NCBI RefSeq assembly: GCF_002075285.3
Contig: NZ_CP021983.2
Coordinates: 2,850,001-2,882,000, forward strand
Direction of reading: 5' to 3'
DNA: 32,000 nt
Source of the DNA: Halomicronema hongdechloris C2206
GTDB lineage: Bacteria; Cyanobacteriota; Cyanobacteriia; Phormidesmidales; Phormidesmidaceae
Positions 24,263 to 31,179 of the stretch are shown piece by piece; the stretch's first letter is position 1, and the number at the start of each line of letters is the position of its first letter. The notes under the pieces were generated by a model. That model was not told where the DNA came from, made no database searches, and saw only the letters and a list, made by a program, of their open reading frames with translations. The position numbers and the translations under genes are program-made.

Positions 24263-26890
24263 TTAAAACCTGACTGAAACAGAACCAGTAACCGACAAAG
24301 GCTCTCCTTGAGGCAGGCGCGCTCTATCTGAAGCAGATACAATAAATCTCTCGTCAAAGAGATTATCAATCGTTAATCTAAATGTCCAATTTTCTACTTG
24401 GTAAGCTGCCCCCAAATCAACTCGTACAAAACTAGGTACTGTGAAACTATTGGCAGTATCTCCAGCTCGTTCGCCAACATACACTAAACCTGCCCCTAAA
24501 CTTAAGCCATTTAAGGCACCTTGAGTAAACTCATACTCGCCGTAAAGTCCGAGACTGTTTCGAGGGCTATTGAGGAAACGGTTACCTTCTAGATCTGGTT
24601 CACCGTCGATAATTTCTGCTTCAAATAGGTTAGTGTAGGCTAGGATTACCCTAAAGTTATCGGTGATTTGACCAGCAATGTCTAATTCTACCCCTCGGCT
24701 ACGCACATCTCCAACTGGAATGACGAAGTTGGGATCAATTGGATCAGTCTCTGCAATATTGGTTTGAGTCAAGTCAAACAGGGCTGTGGTGAGACTTAGT
24801 CGATTATCGAATAGATTAACCTTGCCACCAATCTCGAATTGCGTAGCTCGCCTAGGCTCAATAAATTCACCGTCTATAGTTTCACCAAACTGAGGTTCGG
24901 TTGATTGGCTGAAACTGCCATAAATAGAAGCCGAATCACTCAACATGTAGAGTAAACCAACACTAGGTGCGACAAAATCGTCGTCTTGAAAGACCTCGTC
25001 ACTAATGCCATCTTTATTTTCAAACTGGCCATAACGCAGCCCAGCCAATAAACGGAAACGCCCCAATGTTATGAAGTCCTGAATATAGATGCCCCAATCG
25101 TTACTAATGTTATTAATTGGTATAGGGTCACCTAAAGGCGGTAGCGGGAAGTCAAAGGTGGGATTAGCAACGTCAATGATTGGGAAGTCAGACCCAAGCC
25201 TAAGTGGGAAGTCAGTCTCTGATCTGTTATACTCAGCGCCTGCTAGTAACTGGTGTTCAGAAGCTCCAATTTCAAAATCCCCTCTAATTTCACCACGTAA
25301 ATTAGCCTGATTAAAATCATCTAAAATCTGACCCACAAACAGCGGCAGTTCATTGTTGGCGTTAACATTGATAGTTATTGCAGAAGGATCTAATTCTCGG
25401 CGAGTGTCGAAATATTGCCCACTTAGGGCAATTGACCATTGTTCACTAATAGGTTGATCAAAGTAGGCAGCAACTCGAAAGTGGCGATTAATATCGCTAT
25501 TACGAGGGTCAGTGAAACTGCGATCAAAGAAGAATTCTCCATCAAAGAATTTAGCACCAGTTGTACCATCTTTTTCTAGCCGAAAATATTCAGCTTCGAG
25601 GGTGAGAGATCCTCCTCCTCCGGTTAACCAGGTCAATGCAGGAGCAACAAAAATTCGATCATCTTCAATATTGGGGACGAAAGAGTTAGACTCTTGGAAT
25701 GCGAGATTGAGCCGATACAGTAGATTCTGATTTTGAGTTAGTGGTCCTGTCAAGTCCACTTCTCCACGATAGAAATCAAAGCTCCCAGCTTCAAAACTAA
25801 TATCGTAACTAGGGGTATCTTCAGGCCTCTCAGTGATGTAATTGACGACACCACCAGGTGTTCCTGGACCGAAGAGTAGAGAAGAAAATCCCTTCAGAAT
25901 TTCAATGCGTTCAATATTAGCTAGATCTCTGACCAAGAAGCGAGGGTTATCCCGTAAACCATTCACGAAGGTTTGTCGTTGGACATCAAATCCACGAATT
26001 GTAAATTGAGGAGTGTTTCCCGAAGCACCTTCCTGCCCTCCTTGAATCACACCGCTAATATAGGGGGCTAATTCTTCCCCTCGTCTGGCGGCTCGATCTT
26101 GAATTAGCTCTTCAGTAATGACCCCAATGGAGGCTGGCGTTTCTAGTAGGGGAATGTTTAGTCTAGTGCCTGTAGTAGCATTGGACGTACGGTAGCCCTC
26201 TTGCTCCCCCGTCACCACAATCTCGATCGCATCATCAGCATCATCGACCTGGGCGATGCCTGGCACGACAGTCCAGACCAAATTACCGGCTTCGGCACTC
26301 ACGGTCGCTTCCGGTGGCGCATCGGTGCCCATAATCGCTACTTGAATGCGATCCTGGCCCACAGCCGTCACTGACACCCGGGCAATGCCTGCAGCTGGGT
26401 CGGTTGCCTGAAACTCGTCTCCCTCTGGCAGGGCCAGCACCGCATTGGGAATCTCTGCCACGAGGGCATTGCCTACGGTTTCTGTGGTCGGAACAGACAA
26501 ATCTCCGTCAGCGGTCTCCAATATTACTTGCAAACCAGTCTCGCTGCTTTCAACCCGCACGCCGGTAATTTCGATGATCGCCGCTTCAATTTGAGCGACC
26601 CACTCGGTAACAGTGGTGGCGGGGGGTGGGGTAGAGGGGTGTTGGCGGAGCCTGCCCGAAGGGCTTAGGGGTGATGGGGTGGTGGGGTGATGGGGTGATG
26701 GGGTGGTGGGTATTTGAGAGGTGCCCCTCTCGTTGGTATTTGACTCGCCCACTTGCCCACTTGCCCGCTCGCCTAGGTCATTTCCTGTGGCGGGTTGTGC
26801 CCAACCGAGGGCCACTAGCGTCGTCAGGCTCAGGGTGCTGGCTAGGGCATAGGAACACTGGACTAGGCCTGTTATGGAATGCGATCGCAT
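24263..26890 (-). CDS. TonB-dependent siderophore receptor with AMIN-type extension, copy 3 (divergent barrel, Pro-rich insert)
   Basis: 875 aa. ITGVRVESSETGLQVILETADG...GNALVAEIPNAVLALPEGDEF...IQVAIMGTDAPPE. Plug motif IERIEILKGFSSLLFG. Terminal strand SVTGSVSVRF. The low-complexity block PTTPSPHHPTTPSPLSPSGRLRQHPSTPPP is encoded by the G-rich repeat at 26637-26710. Confidence 0.92.
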   Translation of the reverse strand: MRSHSITGLVQCSYALASTLSLTTLVALGWAQPATGNDLGERASGQVGESNTNERGTSQIPTTPSPHHPTTPSPLSPSGRLRQHPSTPPPATTVTEWVAQIEAAIIEITGVRVESSETGLQVILETADGDLSVPTTETVGNALVAEIPNAVLALPEGDEFQATDPAAGIARVSVTAVGQDRIQVAIMGTDAPPEATVSAEAGNLVWTVVPGIAQVDDADDAIEIVVTGEQEGYRTSNATTGTRLNIPLLETPASIGVITEELIQDRAARRGEELAPYISGVIQGGQEGASGNTPQFTIRGFDVQRQTFVNGLRDNPRFLVRDLANIERIEILKGFSSLLFGPGTPGGVVNYITERPEDTPSYDISFEAGSFDFYRGEVDLTGPLTQNQNLLYRLNLAFQESNSFVPNIEDDRIFVAPALTWLTGGGGSLTLEAEYFRLEKDGTTGAKFFDGEFFFDRSFTDPRNSDINRHFRVAAYFDQPISEQWSIALSGQYFDTRRELDPSAITINVNANNELPLFVGQILDDFNQANLRGEIRGDFEIGASEHQLLAGAEYNRSETDFPLRLGSDFPIIDVANPTFDFPLPPLGDPIPINNISNDWGIYIQDFITLGRFRLLAGLRYGQFENKDGISDEVFQDDDFVAPSVGLLYMLSDSASIYGSFSQSTEPQFGETIDGEFIEPRRATQFEIGGKVNLFDNRLSLTTALFDLTQTNIAETDPIDPNFVIPVGDVRSRGVELDIAGQITDNFRVILAYTNLFEAEIIDGEPDLEGNRFLNSPRNSLGLYGEYEFTQGALNGLSLGAGLVYVGERAGDTANSFTVPSFVRVDLGAAYQVENWTFRLTIDNLFDERFIVSASDRARLPQGEPLSVTGSVSVRF

Positions 26891-26921
26891 AATTCAACCT
26901 CCTCACACCGTTGGCAAATCA

Positions 26922-26940
26922 AATGCAAATAACTTGCATT
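26922..26940. promoter_or_regulatory. Perfect 7-5-7 palindrome between the putative -10 and the start of receptor 3
   Basis: AATGCAA-ataac-TTGCATT lies 32-50 bp upstream of the ATG (26890). On the coding strand it sits just downstream of a TATTAT -10 candidate (plus-strand 26953-26958). The GAGGAGG Shine-Dalgarno is at 26898-26904. Confidence 0.45.
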
Positions 26941-26989
26941 AATGTGGGGACAATAATATCGACATTCAGCCGTTGCTGCGAATCCCAGA

Positions 26990-27025
26990 CGGAATTTTTG
27001 TGAATCCAGGCGGGAGTTTTTGGTG
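26990..27025 (-). promoter_or_regulatory. Phased direct repeat (candidate AraC-type operator) upstream of receptor 3
   Basis: CGGAATTTTTGTG (26990-27002) and GGGAGTTTTTGGTG (27012-27025) have GGA cores 22 bp apart. They lie 100-135 bp upstream of the start. Confidence 0.5.
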
Positions 27026-27032
27026 CTGGGGA

Positions 27033-27068
27033 GGACGGAGAGCGGCGGACGGAGAGCGGCGGACGGAA
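27033..27068. repeat. 14-bp tandem repeat GGACGGAGAGCGGC x2.5
   Basis: Read directly: 27033-27046, 27047-27060, and a partial unit at 27061-27068. It is followed by GGGGTGGGGTGATGAG. Confidence 0.9.
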
Positions 27069-27393
27069 AAGGGGGGTGGGGTGATGAGCAACGGGGATTT
27101 ACTCCCATCTGTGGGGTTGGTTGATTAATCGGTGCGATCGCACCGTTGACTGGTTCGGCCCGAGAGGATATTTGGAAAGTACTCTGCAACCTTGCTCCAG
27201 CCTGGATTCTGGCCGACGGAACCATATACTCTAAAACGCCTACCTTACAGGCCGTTCAGCCGCGTTTTCAAATGTCCTCTGAAGGTGCTGCCGAGATCCT
27301 GGAGAGTCCTCAGGTTCTGTCTGGGGAAGCGGTTTGGCCCGGGTTCGAGTGACCCCTAGCGTCGATTTGGTAACATACTGCTGTCTTAAACCA

Positions 27394-27975
27394 TTACTGC
27401 GCCCCGGCTGCAAATAGGGCGCTGGGCGTTAGGTCCAGAGTGCTCAATTGCCGAGAGGGCACTGGCTCTTCCCCCGTGGCGGTGCCCAGTTCAGTATAGG
27501 TGTCACCTTCCAGAGTTAGCACTAATACCGTCTGCGCTTGGGGGTCAACAATCCAGTACTCCGGGATGCCCACATCTTGATATTGCAGGCGTTTGGCCAC
27601 ATAATCCCGCTGCCATTGCAATTCCCCTGGGCTGACGACCTCCACCACCAGCAACGGCGGCGACATGGTCAGCCGAATGGTGTTGCGCTGGGCCAACAGG
27701 GACACATGCTCGTCTCGAATAAGCGTCAAATCTGGGTAGCGATTTTTCGGTTCGCCCCGCACCTCCAACTCTAAGCCATGCCCCCGCACCCGATCGGTTC
27801 CTAGTCGCAGGGCAAAGGTTAAAAATAGTCGATTGGCGATTTGCACATTGCATCCAGACTCTGGTGGCACGGCAATCAATTCTCCATTAAAGAGTTCATA
27901 GAGCCGGTCAGTGCCATCGTCGTAGGCGAGATACTCCTCAAAGGTTTGAAATCGGGCGCTGAGCTGTTGAACCAT
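27394..27975 (-). CDS. Uma2 family endonuclease
   Basis: FEEYLAYDDGTDRLYELFNGELIAVPPESGCNVQIANRL...YPDLTLI...PPLLVVEVVSPGELQWQRDYVAKRLQYQDVGIPEYWIVDPQAQTV. Confidence 0.85.
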   Translation of the reverse strand: MVQQLSARFQTFEEYLAYDDGTDRLYELFNGELIAVPPESGCNVQIANRLFLTFALRLGTDRVRGHGLELEVRGEPKNRYPDLTLIRDEHVSLLAQRNTIRLTMSPPLLVVEVVSPGELQWQRDYVAKRLQYQDVGIPEYWIVDPQAQTVLVLTLEGDTYTELGTATGEEPVPSRQLSTLDLTPSALFAAGAQ

Positions 27976-28020
27976 GATCTGTATTGGGCAGGGGATTGCT
28001 TTAAACCTACTTTAGATGAG

Positions 28021-28230
28021 TGATGGGGTGTTGGGGTGATGGGGTGTTGGCGGAGCCTGCGCGGAGCGCATAGGGGTGATGGGGTGATGGGGTGATGGGG
28101 TGATGGGCAAGCTCTTCACCCTTCGACTGCGCTCAGGGCAAGCTCTTCACCCTTCACTCTTCACCCTTCACTTTCCACTCCCCCACTCCCCCACTCCCCC
28201 ACTCCCCCACTCCCTCACTCCCTCACTCCC
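28021..28230. repeat. Composite short-tandem-repeat block
   Basis: The block contains GGGGTGAT octamers with a hairpin core, a GGGCAAGCTCTTCACCCTTC duplication, and CACTCCCC octamers. GGGGTGAT x4 is at 28073-28104. The core GGGGTGTTGGCGGAGCCTGCGCGGAGCGCATAGGGGTGATGGGGTG starts at 28041. GGGCAAGCTCTTCACCCTTC occurs at about 28105-28124 and 28136-28155. (CACTCCCC)n/(CACTCCCT)n runs over 28176-28230. The block ends at the AraC copy 3 stop codon. Confidence 0.9.
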
Positions 28231-28235
28231 CACCC

Positions 28236-29195
28236 TCATCCCTGCCGCAAGTACTGCCCCGGATTGATGCCAAACTTCTTGCGAAAGGCGCGGGCGAAGG
28301 AGCTACGGCTGGCGAAGCCGACGGTGTGGGCCACGCCGGTGACGGTTTTGGTCCCCTGCTGCAGCAGTTGGCGGGCATAGTCTAGCCGGTAGTGGTGCAG
28401 GTAGCCGAAGACGGTAGTGCCGAAGACCTGACGAAAGCCCCGTTTCAGGGCACATTCATTCAGGTGAATCTGCCGGGCCAGTTCCGCCAGGGTCGGGGGG
28501 TTATTGAAGTGCCGCAGCAGAATATCGCGGGCCTGGTGAATGCGCTCGATGTCGGCGGGTTTGAGGTTAATTGAGGGGCCAGGGGGCTGCTGCTGGCTCA
28601 GTGCATCATGCAGGCACAGGGTCAGCAGTTCCCAGGCTTTACTTTCCAGATAGAGCTGCTTAATCACCCCAGTGTAAGGGCAATGCAATATCTGGTGCAG
28701 CACCATCTGCATGGGGGCAGTCATGGTGCCAAACTGACTGTAGTAAAGTTGCTGGGGCGAGCGCAGCAGCTCCGGTAGGGGCAGCGCCCGAGAGCCGAGC
28801 CACTGGCTCAAGCGCTCTGGGTCGATGTGCAGGCTGAGCCAGGCGTGGGGATGCTCGGCCGGCTTAATCGAGGTACCCCCCGGGGCGAGACCACTGCCGT
28901 AGAGGCCATAGCACTTGGGGCCCAGGGGTGGATCGGTGTAGGCTCCTTCTAAGTAAAAGGTGCACTCCACCGGATGGGGACGCTCTTCAGCAGTGGTCAT
29001 CACCTGATGCCGTAGTTGGTAGCGGGCGATGTCCATCTGGACCCCGTCTCGCAGCTCAATCGAGTGTTGATACCCCTGGCCGAGACTCTCCGGATAGTGC
29101 CATTTCTCTTCAAAGTCTCCTGTCGCCCCTGTTGCGGCGGTGGCGCTGGCTTGAATCAGCTCGTGGTAGTCGCGCTGGGAAAGGGTCAGGGCCAT
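28236..29195 (-). CDS. AraC family transcriptional regulator (PchR-like), copy 3
   Basis: 319 aa. WHYPESLGQGYQHSIELRDGVQMDIARYQL...MQMVLHQILHCPYTGVIKQLYLESKAWELL...LAELARQIHLNECALKRGFRQVFGTTVFGYLHHYRLDYARQLL...SSFARAFRKKFGINP. Confidence 0.92.
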   Translation of the reverse strand: MALTLSQRDYHELIQASATAATGATGDFEEKWHYPESLGQGYQHSIELRDGVQMDIARYQLRHQVMTTAEERPHPVECTFYLEGAYTDPPLGPKCYGLYGSGLAPGGTSIKPAEHPHAWLSLHIDPERLSQWLGSRALPLPELLRSPQQLYYSQFGTMTAPMQMVLHQILHCPYTGVIKQLYLESKAWELLTLCLHDALSQQQPPGPSINLKPADIERIHQARDILLRHFNNPPTLAELARQIHLNECALKRGFRQVFGTTVFGYLHHYRLDYARQLLQQGTKTVTGVAHTVGFASRSSFARAFRKKFGINPGQYLRQG

Positions 29196-29250
29196 GGAAG
29201 AGAGGCTGCGATCGCACCAGTTCGATAACCTATCCTTAAAACAATACCTT

Positions 29251-29270
29251 AATTGAGATCAACTCTCAAT
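29251..29270. promoter_or_regulatory. 7-5-7 palindrome (Fur-box geometry) upstream of AraC copy 3
   Basis: A-ATTGAGA-tcaac-TCTCAAT has perfect 7-bp arms. It lies 56-75 bp upstream of the ATG at 29195. Confidence 0.45.
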
Positions 29271-29451
29271 ACTTCGTCACGTTACCTTGGCCAGCCATGC
29301 CTCACGGCCAGATAACCGGGATGCGATCGCGCTGCGAGTAACTATCATCGCGCCGTGAGTTAGTAAATCTTTGGGTCGGAGGTCCTCAACCCGGAACCGT
29401 CTGACCCAGAATATCTGGCAGATTAACAGTTGGTTGACTGGGTGTTGAGAT

Positions 29452-30186
29452 CTAAGTGTCTGACAGTTCTTCCGGATCGATGCCGCGAGCTTTGAGCATA
29501 GCCGCTAACCGTTCTGCCCGTTGGCGTTCCTGCTCGGCTCGCTGGCGCTCTTGCTCGGCTCGCTGGCGTTCTTGCTCGGCTTTTTCATCTCCCGTCAGCA
29601 ACATATTTCCTTGAGCATCGCACCAGCGCAGCCAGGTATCGTGCCGCCCTTCAAATTCTCCCTGCCAGAGGGTGAGGCCAATCCCCATCGGTTCTAGCCA
29701 GTGTTCCGACAGTTCGGCATAATGCAGCCCCCGCAGTTCATAGAGGTATAGCGGGTTTTCCCCCAACTGCCTGGCTGGGTCATAGACGACGTAGTAGCCC
29801 ACTCGCATTTGAGCATAGGTTTGGAGCTTACTGGTCAGCTCATTGCCAACCCGGTTGGAGACAACTTCCAGCACCACTTCCGGCGGTTTACCAAAATTCC
29901 ACACCAGATAGCAACGGTTGGGCTTCTCCCACCACGCTTCGGGTACCTGTACGTCTAAACTGATGAAGACATCGGGCACCACTGCGGGCTGGTTCACCGC
30001 GTGATAGATGCCAACGTTTGCTTCAGCGAGAAAAGTAGAGCCCCTCAGAGAGCTGTAGAGACTACTGACCAGCAACCGCTGCTGCTTGGCTGAGGCGAAA
30101 TTGTCCACCGGCGTATCATCCTCAGTGATGAGTAGATTAGCATCCGGAAATGTGACCTCATCGGTCGTGGCGAGTGGATTGCTCAT
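29452..30186 (-). CDS. Uma2 family endonuclease with C-terminal EQERQRA-repeat (coiled-coil-like) tail
   Basis: MSNPLATTDEVTFPDANLLITEDDTPVDNFASAKQQRLL...VVPDVFISLDV...PPEVVLEVVSN...YAQMRVGYYVVYDP..., followed by EQERQRAEQERQRAEQERQRAERLAAMLKARGIDPEEL. The ATG is at 30184-30186. Confidence 0.85.
   Translation of the reverse strand: MSNPLATTDEVTFPDANLLITEDDTPVDNFASAKQQRLLVSSLYSSLRGSTFLAEANVGIYHAVNQPAVVPDVFISLDVQVPEAWWEKPNRCYLVWNFGKPPEVVLEVVSNRVGNELTSKLQTYAQMRVGYYVVYDPARQLGENPLYLYELRGLHYAELSEHWLEPMGIGLTLWQGEFEGRHDTWLRWCDAQGNMLLTGDEKAEQERQRAEQERQRAEQERQRAERLAAMLKARGIDPEELSDT
29529..29591. repeat. 21-bp tandem repeat x3 inside the Uma2 coding sequence
   Basis: cgttggcgttcctgctcggct / cgctggcgctcttgctcggct / cgctggcgttcttgctcggct. 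This encodes the EQERQRA heptads on the minus strand. Confidence 0.9.
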
Positions 30187-30374
30187 GAGATTTCTGCCGT
30201 TGCCAGAACCAACCTCATTGTATTCGCTTTGCTGGAGCGACTCGGCAAAAGAGGGGCTGTGCGATCGCAACACGAGTTACTCACAGTTAACTCGTCCCTT
30301 GTCGACAAGGCAGACAGAGGTGCGATCGCAAGGGCTAGTCCTGAGTGCCCTTTCTAGTATGGCACCCACGCTGC

Positions 30375-30488
30375 TTAGACCGATGGAATTTTGGCGACTT
30401 GTGCGGATTGCAGTGCTTCGGGAAACTGCTTCCAGGGGATGTCGCCGTTCTGGCTGTTGCGGTAGACTTCGCCGAAGTAGGATGAGAT
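30375..30488 (-). pseudogene. DUF1636 C-terminal relic (37 codons)
   Basis: The minus-strand translation ISSYFGEVYRNSQNGDIPWKQFPEALQSAQVAKIPSV* matches the C-terminus of the intact copy at 17993-18364. It is bounded upstream by a stop at 30489-30491, just below the HEPN gene. Confidence 0.6.
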
Positions 30489-30498
30489 TAGATATGAC

Positions 30499-30834
30499 CT
30501 ATTGCTCCGGTAACCGTTGAGTCACAAATTTCAATACCAATACGGCTTCTGTTGCGTAGGGAGTCAAGATATCTGCTGCTTCTTGCAGGCTTTGAAAATC
30601 AGGTTTAGAAGACGAACAGAGCCCTAGTAAAACATCCAAATCGTGAGTTTTTACAAACGCTATGTTTTGAGATGCCAAATAGGCCTTCAGCGCCTTTTCT
30701 GCGGACTGCTGGCAATGATAAACCACCGCATCGAGCAACGACTCCTCATTATCAAGCAGTACTTGGGCTACTTTCAAGTCTCGCTGAGACTTGATCAACC
30801 ACTGCTGAGTTTCTTCGTATTGGGCATCATTCAT
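30499..30834 (-). CDS. HEPN domain protein (partner of the MNT nucleotidyltransferase)
   Basis: WLIKSQRDLKVAQVLLDNEESLLDAVVYHCQQSAEKALKAYLASQNIAFVKTHDLDVLL...LTPYATEA. The start overlaps the MNT stop by 8 nt. The C-terminus looks shortened. Confidence 0.75.
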   Translation of the reverse strand: MNDAQYEETQQWLIKSQRDLKVAQVLLDNEESLLDAVVYHCQQSAEKALKAYLASQNIAFVKTHDLDVLLGLCSSSKPDFQSLQEAADILTPYATEAVLVLKFVTQRLPEQ

Positions 30835-31147
30835 ATAAAACTTTACCCTGACGGAGAGCTTGACCGACTAACGAGCTTGACACGCTGGCTTGACGATCTA
30901 CTTCTGCACGAGTCATGACCAGGATGTCTTTCGGAATGCCCATCCCGCGTAGTGCCCTATGGGCCTTGCGCGCCCGCCGATAGCGAGGCTCGTCAGACTC
31001 AGAGAGTATTACCAATAAGTCAATATCGCTATCTTTGGTTGGCTCTCCGTAGGCATAAGAGCCAAATAAAATAATTTGCTCTGGTTTGAGTGCAGCGACT
31101 AACCGCTGAGTCATCTGCTCTAGTAAGTCCAGGGTCAGTTGGGGCAC
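30827..31147 (-). CDS. Minimal nucleotidyltransferase (MNT) domain protein
   Basis: LKPEQIILFGSYAYGEPTKDSDIDLLVIL contains the GS-x-GxxxxDxD-type motif. The start is a GTG at 31145-31147. Confidence 0.85.
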   Translation of the reverse strand: MPQLTLDLLEQMTQRLVAALKPEQIILFGSYAYGEPTKDSDIDLLVILSESDEPRYRRARKAHRALRGMGIPKDILVMTRAEVDRQASVSSSLVGQALRQGKVLYE

Positions 31148-31179
31148 AGGGTGAACTCATTCAGAGACTCTCAACTATT

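Noticed and set aside
24263-26890. Receptor 3 as a chimera of an AT-rich foreign barrel and a GC-rich resident AMIN domain. Counting single 60-nt lines gave 22/60 GC at 25081 against 36/60 at 26281.
   Set aside because: The barrel of receptor 1 shows similarly low values (25/60 at 6001), and AMIN domains are rich in Ala, Gly, Pro and Val. The contrast can therefore be explained by amino-acid composition. A proper windowed GC and codon-usage analysis would be needed before claiming horizontal transfer.
26872-27225. A 117-aa minus-strand ORF upstream of and overlapping the receptor 3 start.
   Set aside because: Its translation is Pro/Ser/Ala-rich and is generated by the tandem repeats and the promoter region. 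It overlaps the putative operator, the -10, the palindrome and the Shine-Dalgarno of receptor 3. It has no start context or homology signal.
27335-27352. A tRNA-like T-loop (GGGTTCGAGTGACCCC).
   Set aside because: I could not build an acceptor stem, a D arm or an anticodon arm from the flanking sequence. The T-stem itself does not pair properly.
28021-28230. A CRISPR array.
   Set aside because: The repeats are 8-nt units (plus one 31-bp-period duplication) in direct tandem, with no unique spacers of CRISPR size. No cas genes are present.
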